Source of the DNA: an uncultured Alphaproteobacteria bacterium
Lineage (GTDB): Bacteria; Pseudomonadota; Alphaproteobacteria; Methylaequorales; Methylaequoraceae
Length of the DNA: 55,232 nt
Direction: 5' to 3'
Assembly (NCBI GenBank): GCA_902625895.1
Contig: CACODD010000004.1
Location: forward strand, 1 to 55,232
In this document: positions 19,609 through 28,865 of the stretch, in pieces
How positions within the stretch are numbered: position 1 is the stretch's first letter
How the letters are laid out: the number at the start of each line of letters is the position of its first letter
The notes under the pieces: generated by a model
Seen by the model: the letters and a program-made list of their open reading frames with translations, nothing else
Databases searched by the model: none
What the model was told of the DNA's origin: nothing
Position numbers and translations under genes: made by a program

Positions 19609-20898
19609 TCAACCATATATTTTTTTTTGAATTTTTTGAAGTTCATTTTCTTTTAATTTAAAATTTACAAGTAAATAAGCAGCTAAGAGCTTAAGTAAAA
19701 TTGGCGCCAAAGCGTAAGAAATTATTATAAAAAGTCTAACGTTAGTATTAATTTCACCATCTGTGTCAAAATCTAAAACCCCCATTATTCCGAATACAAA
19801 AATACTTACTACAGCAAAAGCAAATTTATTTAGAAAGGTTATGATTGAAAAAAGCACACCAGAAATATCCTCACCAAATTTACTACGATGCCAATCAGTT
19901 ATATCAGCCTGAATGGATGGTGGTATTATTAAATCTGCCCCAAGACAAAATCCAGTTATGCAAGAAATTATTATAAAAAACACAAAATTGCCATCTTCTA
20001 AAAAAAATACCAAAAGAAAAAACATTGCTGACATAAATAACGAAAGACTCCACACTTCTTTTTTTCCATATTTTTTACTGATAATCGTCCAAAAAGGAAC
20101 GCCCATTATTGCAAATAAAAAGTAAAAAAACAAAGTTGTTTGCCGGTTTGAATCGTCACCGCCTAGAACATAAGTAATAAAGAAAGCAAATAACACCATT
20201 GGAAATACATTTGCTAAATTATTAACAACTAATACCAAAAAAATTTTTGAAAAATATATATTTTTTTTTAAGTTTTTTATAACTTTTTTGAATTTAATTT
20301 TTTTGTCATTGGTTCTCTTGTTTTCTGGAATCAAACTACAAAATAAAATCAGCCCCATTAAACCAAATAGTGTGGCAATAAAAACTATATTTTCCAATAA
20401 CTTTTCATTACTAATACTAAAAAACATTGGGATACCAAGAGAGCTGAAAAGTCCGAGTAAAATGAAAAATTCACGAGTTGCACTAAGCTTAGTTCTTAAG
20501 AAATAATTTTTTTCTAAATCATATCCAATCGATAAATAAGGAATTTGAAACATCGTCCAACCAAGATATAAAATAGAAAGCCAAACAAAGAGAAATATCT
20601 CTTGATCTATATCTTGTTTCAAAAAAAGTTGTGTAAGTGCCAAACCAGACAAAATTCCACCTATTAATAAATAAGCCTTTCTTGGAAAAAAGTTTTTATC
20701 ATTCAGCCATCCAACAAGCGGATCTGTGATTATATCTATAAGCTTTGATAAAAAAATAAGTATTCCAATTACTGAAATTTCGAAACCATGAACTTCTGTA
20801 AAAAAAGCAGGGAGCATAATCATTACTGGAAAGGTGGGAATAGAAAATGCAAATGCGGGAAATGCATAAATTATATTTCTTAAAGAAATAGATTTCAA
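19609..20898 (-). CDS. MFS transporter (GPH/MelB-like)
   Basis: DIITDPLVGWLND, IPYLS and LGADLIIPPSIQAD; about 12 TM segments. Confidence 0.88.
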   Translation of the reverse strand: MKSISLRNIIYAFPAFAFSIPTFPVMIMLPAFFTEVHGFEISVIGILIFLSKLIDIITDPLVGWLNDKNFFPRKAYLLIGGILSGLALTQLFLKQDIDQEIFLFVWLSILYLGWTMFQIPYLSIGYDLEKNYFLRTKLSATREFFILLGLFSSLGIPMFFSISNEKLLENIVFIATLFGLMGLILFCSLIPENKRTNDKKIKFKKVIKNLKKNIYFSKIFLVLVVNNLANVFPMVLFAFFITYVLGGDDSNRQTTLFFYFLFAIMGVPFWTIISKKYGKKEVWSLSLFMSAMFFLLVFFLEDGNFVFFIIISCITGFCLGADLIIPPSIQADITDWHRSKFGEDISGVLFSIITFLNKFAFAVVSIFVFGIMGVLDFDTDGEINTNVRLFIIISYALAPILLKLLAAYLLVNFKLKENELQKIQKKIYG

Positions 20899-20899
20899 T

Positions 20900-22084
20900 C
20901 TAGACTTTCTTAATTAGAAATTGGCCAACATTGATATTACCAGATTTAAAACCTCCCTCACAATATCCTAAGTAATAGTTCCACAGTCTTTTAAAACTTT
21001 CACTAAAACCAAGGCTTTTTATGCAGTCCCAAGAACTCTCAAATGACTCAGACCATATTCTTATTGTTTTAGCGTAGTCATTTCCAAACATTGTTTTATT
21101 TGTGATATGAAGGCCTTTAGATGTTATGACCTTATCCATTTCCTCTACAGAGGGAAGCATACCACCCGGAAATATATAAGTTTGGATAAAATCTGGAAAC
21201 TTTTTATATTTTTGAAAAAATTTGTCCTCAATTGTAATTGTCTGAAGCCCTATTGATCCGTCAGACTTTAAGTTTTTCTTTAGAACATCAAAGTATTTTG
21301 ACCAGTATTTTTCTCCAACTGCCTCAAACATTTCAATAGAAACAATTTTATCATATTTACCGTTAATATTTCTGTAATCTAGAAGTTTTACATCAACTTT
21401 ATCTGTGAGCTTATCATCGTATATTTTTTGCTTTGCTTTCTCATACTGTTTTTTTGAAATTGTAATTGCTGTCACATTTGCTGAGTATTTTTTTGCTAAA
21501 AAAGAAGAAAAACCTCCCCAACCACATCCAATTTCAAGTATTTTGTCATTTTCTTTGACACCCGTAATATTTGCAAGATTATCATATTTATTAATTTGAC
21601 CTTTAAGAAGGTTATCCTCAGGATTCTTAAACATAGCTGATGAATATGTCATTGATTCGTCTAACCATTTTTCGTAAAACGAGTTGCCTAGATCATAGTG
21701 AAAAGATATATTCTTTTTCGATCCAGACCTGCTATTTTTTTTTAAGTGATGCTTAAGCCTTAAATACAAAATGGTGAACCATTTTCCTCTAACATATTTT
21801 GAAAATTCATGAAAATTTCTTGCACCCCATTCAAGAAAGTCAGTGAGGTTTGATGTTTCCCAATTTCCATCTACGTAACTTTCAGCCCAACCAAGGTCAC
21901 CTCTTAAAAAAAAATCACTAATGCATTTCTCATTTAAGATTTTTATATTTGCATCAGGTCCCGCATGCTCTCCGTTAAAAGAAAATATAGACTTATTATC
22001 CTTATAAACATTTATTGAGCCGTATTTACTCTGTGCTAATACATTTAAAAATAAATTTAACTTACTTTGAGTGTTAAAAATCAT
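20900..22084 (-). CDS. cfa: CFA-synthase-family SAM-dependent lipid methyltransferase (UfaM-like)
   Basis: NISFHYDLGN, MTYSSA, LEIGCGWG, SIEMFEAVGE and YIFPGG motifs. Confidence 0.92.
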   Translation of the reverse strand: MIFNTQSKLNLFLNVLAQSKYGSINVYKDNKSIFSFNGEHAGPDANIKILNEKCISDFFLRGDLGWAESYVDGNWETSNLTDFLEWGARNFHEFSKYVRGKWFTILYLRLKHHLKKNSRSGSKKNISFHYDLGNSFYEKWLDESMTYSSAMFKNPEDNLLKGQINKYDNLANITGVKENDKILEIGCGWGGFSSFLAKKYSANVTAITISKKQYEKAKQKIYDDKLTDKVDVKLLDYRNINGKYDKIVSIEMFEAVGEKYWSKYFDVLKKNLKSDGSIGLQTITIEDKFFQKYKKFPDFIQTYIFPGGMLPSVEEMDKVITSKGLHITNKTMFGNDYAKTIRIWSESFESSWDCIKSLGFSESFKRLWNYYLGYCEGGFKSGNINVGQFLIKKV

Positions 22085-22090
22085 TAATTG

Positions 22091-22855
22091 TCAGCCCTCT
22101 GAAAAAAAATTTTTTGGTTTTTTTGGTTTTTTTATATATGTTGCACCCTTTACAAAAAGTTTCAAGGCTTCTAAGTGTATTGAAATTGTAACTTTGAAAT
22201 TTTGAAAAATATTACTAAAGAATATTCCTAAGAGATTTTTGTCATTCATTTCAACTGATCTTCCCTTAAACGATGCTTCGAAAATTTTTTGATTATTTAT
22301 ATTATAATTTATAAACAAATTCACGAAACTTCTATCAATATTGAAAGTAATAACATAATGGCCATTTATATTAAAAAAAGGAGAAACGTGAAATCTTTTT
22401 TTTACATTATTTTGTTTATTTATTTCACAATAATATGAGTGTCTTTCGTTGAATGTATTACTAACCTCATATATTATTGCAGTCGCTTTATTTTTATCGT
22501 CAAAACCGACAAAAACAGTTATTGGGTTAAACACATAACCTAAAATTCTAGGTAAACAAAAAGACTTAATATCATAAATATTTTTTTTGCCTTCTTTTAA
22601 AAATTTTTTTTTTAATAATTGATATGTGTTACTTGATTTTTTACCAACTTCTCCATGATCTTTGTCGTAGAATGAAAATAAAGTAAATCTATTTTTTTTA
22701 AAAAATTTATATTTGTGTTTAAAGTTCAATGAAAACCAAAAATAACAAAAACGATAAGCAAATGAATGAGTAAAAGGTTTATACCTTGTATGTGAAACAA
22801 TACCCTCAAATAAAGTATCGTTAATGTTGTTAATTTTTTTCATTGTTTTTTTCAA
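22091..22855 (-). CDS. DUF1365 family protein (UfaO-like)
   Basis: HTRYKPFTHSF, PRILGYVFNP, EVSNTFNERHSY, FHVSPF and IHLEALKL motifs. Confidence 0.9.
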   Translation of the reverse strand: MKKTMKKINNINDTLFEGIVSHTRYKPFTHSFAYRFCYFWFSLNFKHKYKFFKKNRFTLFSFYDKDHGEVGKKSSNTYQLLKKKFLKEGKKNIYDIKSFCLPRILGYVFNPITVFVGFDDKNKATAIIYEVSNTFNERHSYYCEINKQNNVKKRFHVSPFFNINGHYVITFNIDRSFVNLFINYNINNQKIFEASFKGRSVEMNDKNLLGIFFSNIFQNFKVTISIHLEALKLFVKGATYIKKPKKPKNFFSEG

Positions 22856-24086
22856 ATATTCTTTTCACAACATGCAACGCGGAAGTAATTCCGTCCTCAT
22901 GAAAACCATAACCTAGGTATGCTCCACAAAACCATATGTTTTTGTTTCCTTGTATTGTTGTTATTTTTTTTTGATTTTCAAATGTATTTAAATCAAACAA
23001 TGGGTGATCATAATATATTTTTTTAAATATTTTTTCCTTAGAAGGTAAAATAGAGGGATTAAGAGAAACAAAAATATTTAAACTAGTATTCAGTTTTTGT
23101 AGTTTATTCATCCAATATGTAACGTTTACTCCCCTTTTATTAGTTTTATTTTCAATATAATTCCAACTTGACCATGCTTTTCTAGATTCTGGCATTAGTT
23201 TTTTGTCAGAATGTACATAAACCTTATTTTTGGTATACCTTATATCTTCAAACATCTTTTTTTCTTCTTTTTTTAAATTGATTATTTTTTTTACCTGATC
23301 TGAATGAACTGCAATTACAAGATGATCATATTCTTTTTTTTTACCGTTCACATTGAGAAAAATTTTATTTTTTTTGCTATATAAGAATTTTACAGAACTA
23401 TTTTTATAAGCTGAGATATCTTTTGACTCAAGAATTTTTTCAACATAATTTTTACTTCCATCTAAAACAGTTCTCCATTTCGGGCGATTAATAATTTTAA
23501 GAAGCCCGTGATTTACAAAAAACATTACAAACTTCTCAAATGGATATTTTTTTATTTCATTGATTTCTGAGGACCAAATACTTGCTGCCATCGGGTAAAG
23601 ATGTTTGTATTTGTAATAGTCAGAATAGTTTTTTAAATCCAAATATTCTTGAATTGTAGAATTTTTATATTTTCTAATATGCTTTTTAGCTAACAAATTA
23701 AATGTAACAATTTCACACAACATTCTCCAAAAATTAAAATTCAGTAAATTTTTCTTTTGAGAAAATAATGATGATAAATTAGTTCCTGAATATTCGATAT
23801 TTTCAATCTTATTTGAAACGGCAAAAGACATATCACTTTCATAAGATTTAACATTTAACTCCTCAAAAAGATTGCATAGATTTGGGTAATTAATTTCGTT
23901 GAATACTATAAAACCAGAGTCAACATTAATATTTTTCCCTCTATGTTTGATTGTTTGCGTGTGAGTATGTCCACCAAAATAGGAGTTTTTTTCAAAAAGA
24001 TCTACTTTATAACTCTTAGACAAATAATACGCACTTGATAGACCTGATATACCACTACCGACTACAGCAATCTTAAAATTCCTCAT
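22830..24086 (-). CDS. NAD/FAD-dependent oxidoreductase (UfaD-like)
   Basis: VVGSGISGL, GGHTHT, VDSGFIVFN, AWSSWNY, TYWMN and GYGFHEDG; upstream of DUF1365 and cfa. Confidence 0.9.
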   Translation of the reverse strand: MRNFKIAVVGSGISGLSSAYYLSKSYKVDLFEKNSYFGGHTHTQTIKHRGKNINVDSGFIVFNEINYPNLCNLFEELNVKSYESDMSFAVSNKIENIEYSGTNLSSLFSQKKNLLNFNFWRMLCEIVTFNLLAKKHIRKYKNSTIQEYLDLKNYSDYYKYKHLYPMAASIWSSEINEIKKYPFEKFVMFFVNHGLLKIINRPKWRTVLDGSKNYVEKILESKDISAYKNSSVKFLYSKKNKIFLNVNGKKKEYDHLVIAVHSDQVKKIINLKKEEKKMFEDIRYTKNKVYVHSDKKLMPESRKAWSSWNYIENKTNKRGVNVTYWMNKLQKLNTSLNIFVSLNPSILPSKEKIFKKIYYDHPLFDLNTFENQKKITTIQGNKNIWFCGAYLGYGFHEDGITSALHVVKRIFEKNNEKN

Positions 24087-24141
24087 AAAATAATATTATG
24101 AGAAAAAAAAGGAAATTAAACAAAATAAATCAATATATTGT

Positions 24142-24170
24142 TTGACTTTCAATCTTTATTACTATATATT
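24142..24170 (+). promoter_or_regulatory. Near-consensus sigma70 promoter
   Basis: TTGACT (24142-47), 17-nt spacer, TATATT (24165-70). Confidence 0.7.
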
Positions 24171-24176
24171 GATACT

Positions 24177-24302
24177 GGACTAGTATGATAATAACAAAAT
24201 TTTGTGCAATAACATTCTCATCAATATTTTTGTTACTACTAGTTTCAAGTCTATTTTAATTTCCTCCAATAAAACCCTAGTTTACTAGGGTTTTATTGTT
24301 TT
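24177..24302 (+). ncRNA. Candidate small RNA or small-peptide mRNA
   Basis: Bounded by a sigma70 promoter and a perfect hairpin with a U-rich tail; contains an internal long imperfect hairpin, a CCTCC motif and a 24-codon ORF at 24185-24259. Confidence 0.5.
24267..24302 (+). terminator. Intrinsic terminator, probably bidirectional
   Basis: Perfect 14-bp inverted repeat CAATAAAACCCTAG-TTTA-CTAGGGTTTTATTG followed by TTTT. Confidence 0.85.
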
Positions 24303-24469
24303 CTGTAAATTGATATCCAATGAGTTGAAAGACATTTAATGTCTAAATTTTCTGATGTTCCCGAAGTTAGTAACTCCGAGGTATTATAATTTTCAAGATC
24401 CTTTTTAAATGAAAAACTAGATTTACTTCTGTTTCTGTCAAATCTGAGATTATGAATTAAGTTCAACAT
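24293..24469 (-). CDS. Small hypothetical protein (58 aa, not in ORF track)
   Basis: ATG...TAA open frame MLNLIHNLRFDRNRSKSSF...LSTHWISIYRKQ; fills the gap and ends in the terminator stem. Confidence 0.4.
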   Translation of the reverse strand: MLNLIHNLRFDRNRSKSSFSFKKDLENYNTSELLTSGTSENLDIKCLSTHWISIYRKQ

Positions 24470-24505
24470 AACAATTAAAACGACATACCGTAAAAATGTT
24501 TAGTT

Positions 24506-24820
24506 TTATCTTAATAAGTGTTTTCTAAATTCACACACAGCTGTAAAATAAGGATCATCTGATCTTGGTTGAGTTGATAGTACATTTCTTCTAATATCAC
24601 AGTTTTCTGCAATCATTGAATTTAAAAGATGTCCTGCGTTCTGAAAACCTGAATGAATTGCAATAAATAAATTATCTGAGTTTTTGCATTTAGCCAAATC
24701 TTCTTTTATTTTTCCATCAGATGTATTTTGATTGTAAACAACTTTGCACCAATGAGCAGAAAAGGTTTCATTTGAATATGAACTAAAAAAAAAAAATACG
24801 AGAAAAAGAATTATTTTCAT
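24506..24820 (-). CDS. Secreted four-Cys hypothetical protein
   Basis: Signal peptide and four Cys residues; start overlaps the PAP2 stop. Confidence 0.7.
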   Translation of the reverse strand: MKIILFLVFFFFSSYSNETFSAHWCKVVYNQNTSDGKIKEDLAKCKNSDNLFIAIHSGFQNAGHLLNSMIAENCDIRRNVLSTQPRSDDPYFTAVCEFRKHLLR

Positions 24821-25599
24821 ATAAATATCCTCCAGTACATTAACTTAAAAAGATCAATAAAAGAAAAATTATGTTTTTTTTTTATTTTCTCAATCTTCTT
24901 TTTAAAAAATTTATCATAAAATAAAACAGGAACAATAGATCCTAAGTAAGCGCCAGCAACTAAATCACTTGGAAAGTGCATTGACATAAAAATTCTCGAT
25001 AATCCCATCATTGTTGCTATTAATATGATAATAAAAAAATACCCTCTTAAATAAATTATAAATAATAGAGCCAAAGAAAATGCTGCTTGAGTGTGTCCTG
25101 ACGGAAATGAGCTTATTTTGTGCTCAAAATTAAAAAAATTAAATCTTTCATATCCCTCTAAGAAAAAATATTTAGGACGTGACACTCCAAATATATATTT
25201 AAGAATATTACAAATTATTCCAGCAGCAGCTAAAGAAAAAATAAAATGTTTAGAAACTAACGAAATATAAGTAAAGAGGTCTTCAATCTTCTCTCGATTG
25301 TAATTTGTCTTATCTTTAATTACGGAAAACTTCTTCTTGTCATTCAAAAGGGAATTAACATTTAAATTTACAAATAAAATCAAAGAAAACAAAATAATAA
25401 AATTTAATGGATCCAAAATATCAGAAATTGGATCGATGACCTGCTTAAAAAAATAAAAAATTAGTCCTGGAAAAGATCTTGATAATTCAAATAAAAAAAT
25501 ATCAAGGAAATTAAAAAAAATTAAAATTATTAAAAGTAGACAAACGAAAAGTCTAACTGAGGTTAAAAAATTAAGGTATTTTAAATCTTTAACTATCAA
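24817..25599 (-). CDS. PAP2 phosphatase, LpxE-like
   Basis: All three PAP2 motifs are present: KYIFGVSRP, PSGH and SRIFMSMHFPSD. Confidence 0.9.
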   Translation of the reverse strand: MIVKDLKYLNFLTSVRLFVCLLLIILIFFNFLDIFLFELSRSFPGLIFYFFKQVIDPISDILDPLNFIILFSLILFVNLNVNSLLNDKKKFSVIKDKTNYNREKIEDLFTYISLVSKHFIFSLAAAGIICNILKYIFGVSRPKYFFLEGYERFNFFNFEHKISSFPSGHTQAAFSLALLFIIYLRGYFFIIILIATMMGLSRIFMSMHFPSDLVAGAYLGSIVPVLFYDKFFKKKIEKIKKKHNFSFIDLFKLMYWRIFI

Positions 25600-27200
25600 T
25601 TTTTATAAACCTTAAAAAAAACATTTTCACCTTTTGAATAATTGAAACCTGTAAATTCTTCAATTAGCAAAAAATCGGAAAAATTTTTATTATCTTTTAT
25701 ATTTTTACTTATAATATCAGTAACAATAAGTAAAATTTTTTCTTCTTTCTCTTTCTTGTAGCCCAAAATACTTGATGAATTTGAAGATTTATGTGAGGTT
25801 AGAAATAGTAAACTAGGTTCATTGAAACCAACTGTAAAGATTTTTTCAACACTGCTCTCGTGTTTGTTAATTATCATATTTATTCTATCTGAAATCCACA
25901 AAACCTCCAATCTTGGTAAGAGAAAAAATATTAAAACAAAGTAAGTAAAGATTTGAAAACATCCAGAGGAAATTAATACTGATTTAATCTTTTTTTTTAA
26001 AGTTTCTTTCAAAAGAAACAAAGTAAGGATTAAATATAAAATTATAATAAACACTAAGTTAACGTCAAATTCCGAAAACTGATGTATTGAAAATATAATC
26101 AATGAAATTATCGTCAGAGGAAATAATACAATTGGAAATAATGAAAATTTCAATAACTTTTTGTTGTAATCACATTCATCAATAAACTTTGCAACTAAAA
26201 TACTTAATGGAAGGTAAGCAGGATATATGTAATGAGGTAATTTAGTTGGAATTAACTCGAAAACAACTAAGGGAAAACAAAAACTAATTATGAGATAAAG
26301 TAAAAAGTCGTCCTTTTTAAGGATATACTTAAATCTTTCTTTCATTTGTAAAAAAAGGTTAATTATAAAAATAGACCCAGGCCAGAAAAAAATAAAAAGC
26401 AGTAGTGAATAATACCCTGGAGGAAATCCATGTGACTCCTGACCTGACTTAACTTTATTGAATAAATCGTTGCCGACAGACTCATACCAAAAAGCACCTC
26501 CTGATTTAATGTTTATCAAAACAAACCATGGAATTGTAATCAAAAGCAAAAGAATAAATCCAAAACCTGACCAAATATTTTTAATAAAATTGCGTTTTCT
26601 TAAAACTGAAAAAATTATTAATGGAAAAAATGTAAAAATTATTATGATAGGTCCTTTAATTAAGATACCGAAAGACATCGCAATCCAAAAAAATATTTTA
26701 TTAGGAAAACTCAGGTTTCTAAAATTTACGAGCTTGTAGATTTTCAAGTTGCATATTCCTATAAATAAGAAAAGCAAACCATCAGTTTTTGCCTGGTGAA
26801 TTTCAGATATTGTTAGAAAAGAAAAAATTAAAAAAAATACAGTCAAGAATGCTATTGATTCATTTTCAATATTCCTAATAATTACAAAAATTAAAAAGAA
26901 GCTTATAAAAACTCCTAATATCGATGGTAATCTATATATCGAAATTTTATCGTACGGATAACTTCCAAAAATTGAATTCATTAACGATTGCGTCCAATAA
27001 ATACCTATTGGCTTTTTATATCTTTTTTCTTCTACCATTTTTATGTCAATAAAATCCTTATCAATTAACATTGTTTTAGACGCAGTTGCAAAACGTGCTT
27101 CGTCTCTATCCATTACTGGGAGTTTAAAAATCCCCTGAAGATAGATTAAAAAACAAATAAATAAGAAAAAAAGAAATCTTTTATTAAAAGAAATATTCAT
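25596..27200 (-). CDS. ArnT/GT83-like lipid A glycosyltransferase
   Basis: DRDEARF, KKPIGIYW, LIKGP and TKLPHYIYP motifs; polytopic membrane protein. Confidence 0.9.
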   Translation of the reverse strand: MNISFNKRFLFFLFICFLIYLQGIFKLPVMDRDEARFATASKTMLIDKDFIDIKMVEEKRYKKPIGIYWTQSLMNSIFGSYPYDKISIYRLPSILGVFISFFLIFVIIRNIENESIAFLTVFFLIFSFLTISEIHQAKTDGLLFLFIGICNLKIYKLVNFRNLSFPNKIFFWIAMSFGILIKGPIIIIFTFFPLIIFSVLRKRNFIKNIWSGFGFILLLLITIPWFVLINIKSGGAFWYESVGNDLFNKVKSGQESHGFPPGYYSLLLFIFFWPGSIFIINLFLQMKERFKYILKKDDFLLYLIISFCFPLVVFELIPTKLPHYIYPAYLPLSILVAKFIDECDYNKKLLKFSLFPIVLFPLTIISLIIFSIHQFSEFDVNLVFIIILYLILTLFLLKETLKKKIKSVLISSGCFQIFTYFVLIFFLLPRLEVLWISDRINMIINKHESSVEKIFTVGFNEPSLLFLTSHKSSNSSSILGYKKEKEEKILLIVTDIISKNIKDNKNFSDFLLIEEFTGFNYSKGENVFFKVYKN

Positions 27201-27251
27201 TGCTATATACGCTCACTAGATTAGATTTAAAAAATATCATAACATCCGAAA

Positions 27252-27959
27252 ATGAAAAATTTTAGTATAATCATACCAATTTATAACGAATCTGAGTCAA
27301 TATTTGATTTAATCAAAGAAATACATTCTGAATTTAAAAAAAACACTCCTGAATTAATTATAGTTGATGATGGAAGCAATGACGATTTCTATCAACAAAG
27401 AGCTGAATTGAAAAAGTTAAAGGTGAGAATTCTTCGACACAAAAAGAATCTTGGAAAATGTAGAGCGATGTTAACTGGTATCTCAAATGCAAGAAATAAT
27501 TTAATTTGTATTATGGACGGAGATGGACAAAACCCTCCATATGAAGTTAAAAAAATGATTGCCTTTTGGCGTAACTTATCAAAAAAAGAACAAGATAATT
27601 CGCTTATATGTGGAAATAGAAAAATAAGAAAGGATACCTTAATAAAAAGATTAAGTTCAAAAGTTGCAAATACTATAAGAAAATTTTTACTAAAAGATGA
27701 TTGTAATGACACAGCATGTGCTTTGAAAATTTTTAATCGTTCTGATTATTTAAAAATAAAATATTTCAGGAATATGCATCGATTTCTTCCTGCACTATTT
27801 AAAATGAACAGTTGTAAAATATTTAATGTTCAGGTTGACGATAGATTAAGATACAGTGGCGTATCAAAATATTCTTTTAATAATAGATTTTGGGTGGGTA
27901 TTATAGATTTAATCAAGGTATATTTTTTAATAAAAAAAGGAGAAACAAATGGAGACTGA
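27252..27959 (+). CDS. GT2 polyprenol-phosphate glycosyltransferase (ArnC/DPM1-like)
   Basis: IIPIYNE, VDDGSND, MDGDGQNPP and MHRFLP motifs. Confidence 0.9.
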   Translation: MKNFSIIIPIYNESESIFDLIKEIHSEFKKNTPELIIVDDGSNDDFYQQRAELKKLKVRILRHKKNLGKCRAMLTGISNARNNLICIMDGDGQNPPYEVKKMIAFWRNLSKKEQDNSLICGNRKIRKDTLIKRLSSKVANTIRKFLLKDDCNDTACALKIFNRSDYLKIKYFRNMHRFLPALFKMNSCKIFNVQVDDRLRYSGVSKYSFNNRFWVGIIDLIKVYFLIKKGETNGD

Positions 27960-28251
27960 ACAAATTTGGCTTATAATTGGATTTATTGGTCAAACAATTT
28001 TTGCATCCCGCTTCCTTGTACAATGGGTTGTAAGTGAAAGAGCAGCGAAAAGTATAATTCCTAACATTTTTTGGTGGATAAGTTTGGCTGGCAGCATGAT
28101 TTTGTTAAGTTATGCAATTCATAAAGCTGATCCTGTATTTATCGTTGGGCAATCATGCGGTTTTTTAATATATTCAAGAAATATTTATCTAATTAAAAAG
28201 GAAGGAAAAAATAAAAAGAATGATCCAACTAAAATTATGAAAGTTAACTAG
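27949..28251 (+). CDS. Lipid A biosynthesis N-terminal-domain (LAB_N) protein
   Basis: GFIGQTIFASRFLVQWVVSE, FWWISLAG and DPVFIVGQ; AAGGAG RBS. Confidence 0.9.
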   Translation: METEQIWLIIGFIGQTIFASRFLVQWVVSERAAKSIIPNIFWWISLAGSMILLSYAIHKADPVFIVGQSCGFLIYSRNIYLIKKEGKNKKNDPTKIMKVN

Positions 28252-28865
28252 TGGAATCTAAGAATGAAAAGATACATGATTTCTTAATTGAAAAAAGTAG
28301 AAAATTTCCATTTATAAAGAATGAAATCAAAAATAACGGAGTGTTAAAAATAACAAAACAAGATATTGATTTATTTTCTTTCATGGTCAAAACAATTATA
28401 GCCCAACAAATATCAAACGAAGTAGCTGAAATATTATGGAAAAGATTATGCTCTCAATTAGGAAAAAATTCCATATCAATTAAAAGTTTTAAAAACATTA
28501 GTTACTTAAAAAAAATTCTTATAAAAACAAAGATTTCAAAATCTAAGATTAAATATATATCAGATTTATACACTGCTATGTTAAAAAAAGAAATAAACGA
28601 TCATATGCTTTTGAAAAAGACTGAAGATGAAATTAATTCTTTATTAATAGGATATAGAGGAATAGGCCAATGGACATGCAACATGGTACTTATTTTTTTT
28701 TACAATAAATTAAACATTTTTCCTGAGAATGATCTAGTAATAAAAAAAACTCTAAGGAAATTAAACTTGTTAGAAAAAAAAAAAATTAATTTCCAAGAAA
28801 ATTATTCTCCTTATCTTTCAATTTTCTCTCTTCATCTGTGGAAGATGTCTAAGAGGATTTTGTAA
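28251..28865 (+). CDS. DNA-3-methyladenine glycosylase II (AlkA family)
   Basis: IIAQQIS, HhH motif RGIGQWT and FPENDL. Confidence 0.85.
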   Translation: MESKNEKIHDFLIEKSRKFPFIKNEIKNNGVLKITKQDIDLFSFMVKTIIAQQISNEVAEILWKRLCSQLGKNSISIKSFKNISYLKKILIKTKISKSKIKYISDLYTAMLKKEINDHMLLKKTEDEINSLLIGYRGIGQWTCNMVLIFFYNKLNIFPENDLVIKKTLRKLNLLEKKKINFQENYSPYLSIFSLHLWKMSKRIL

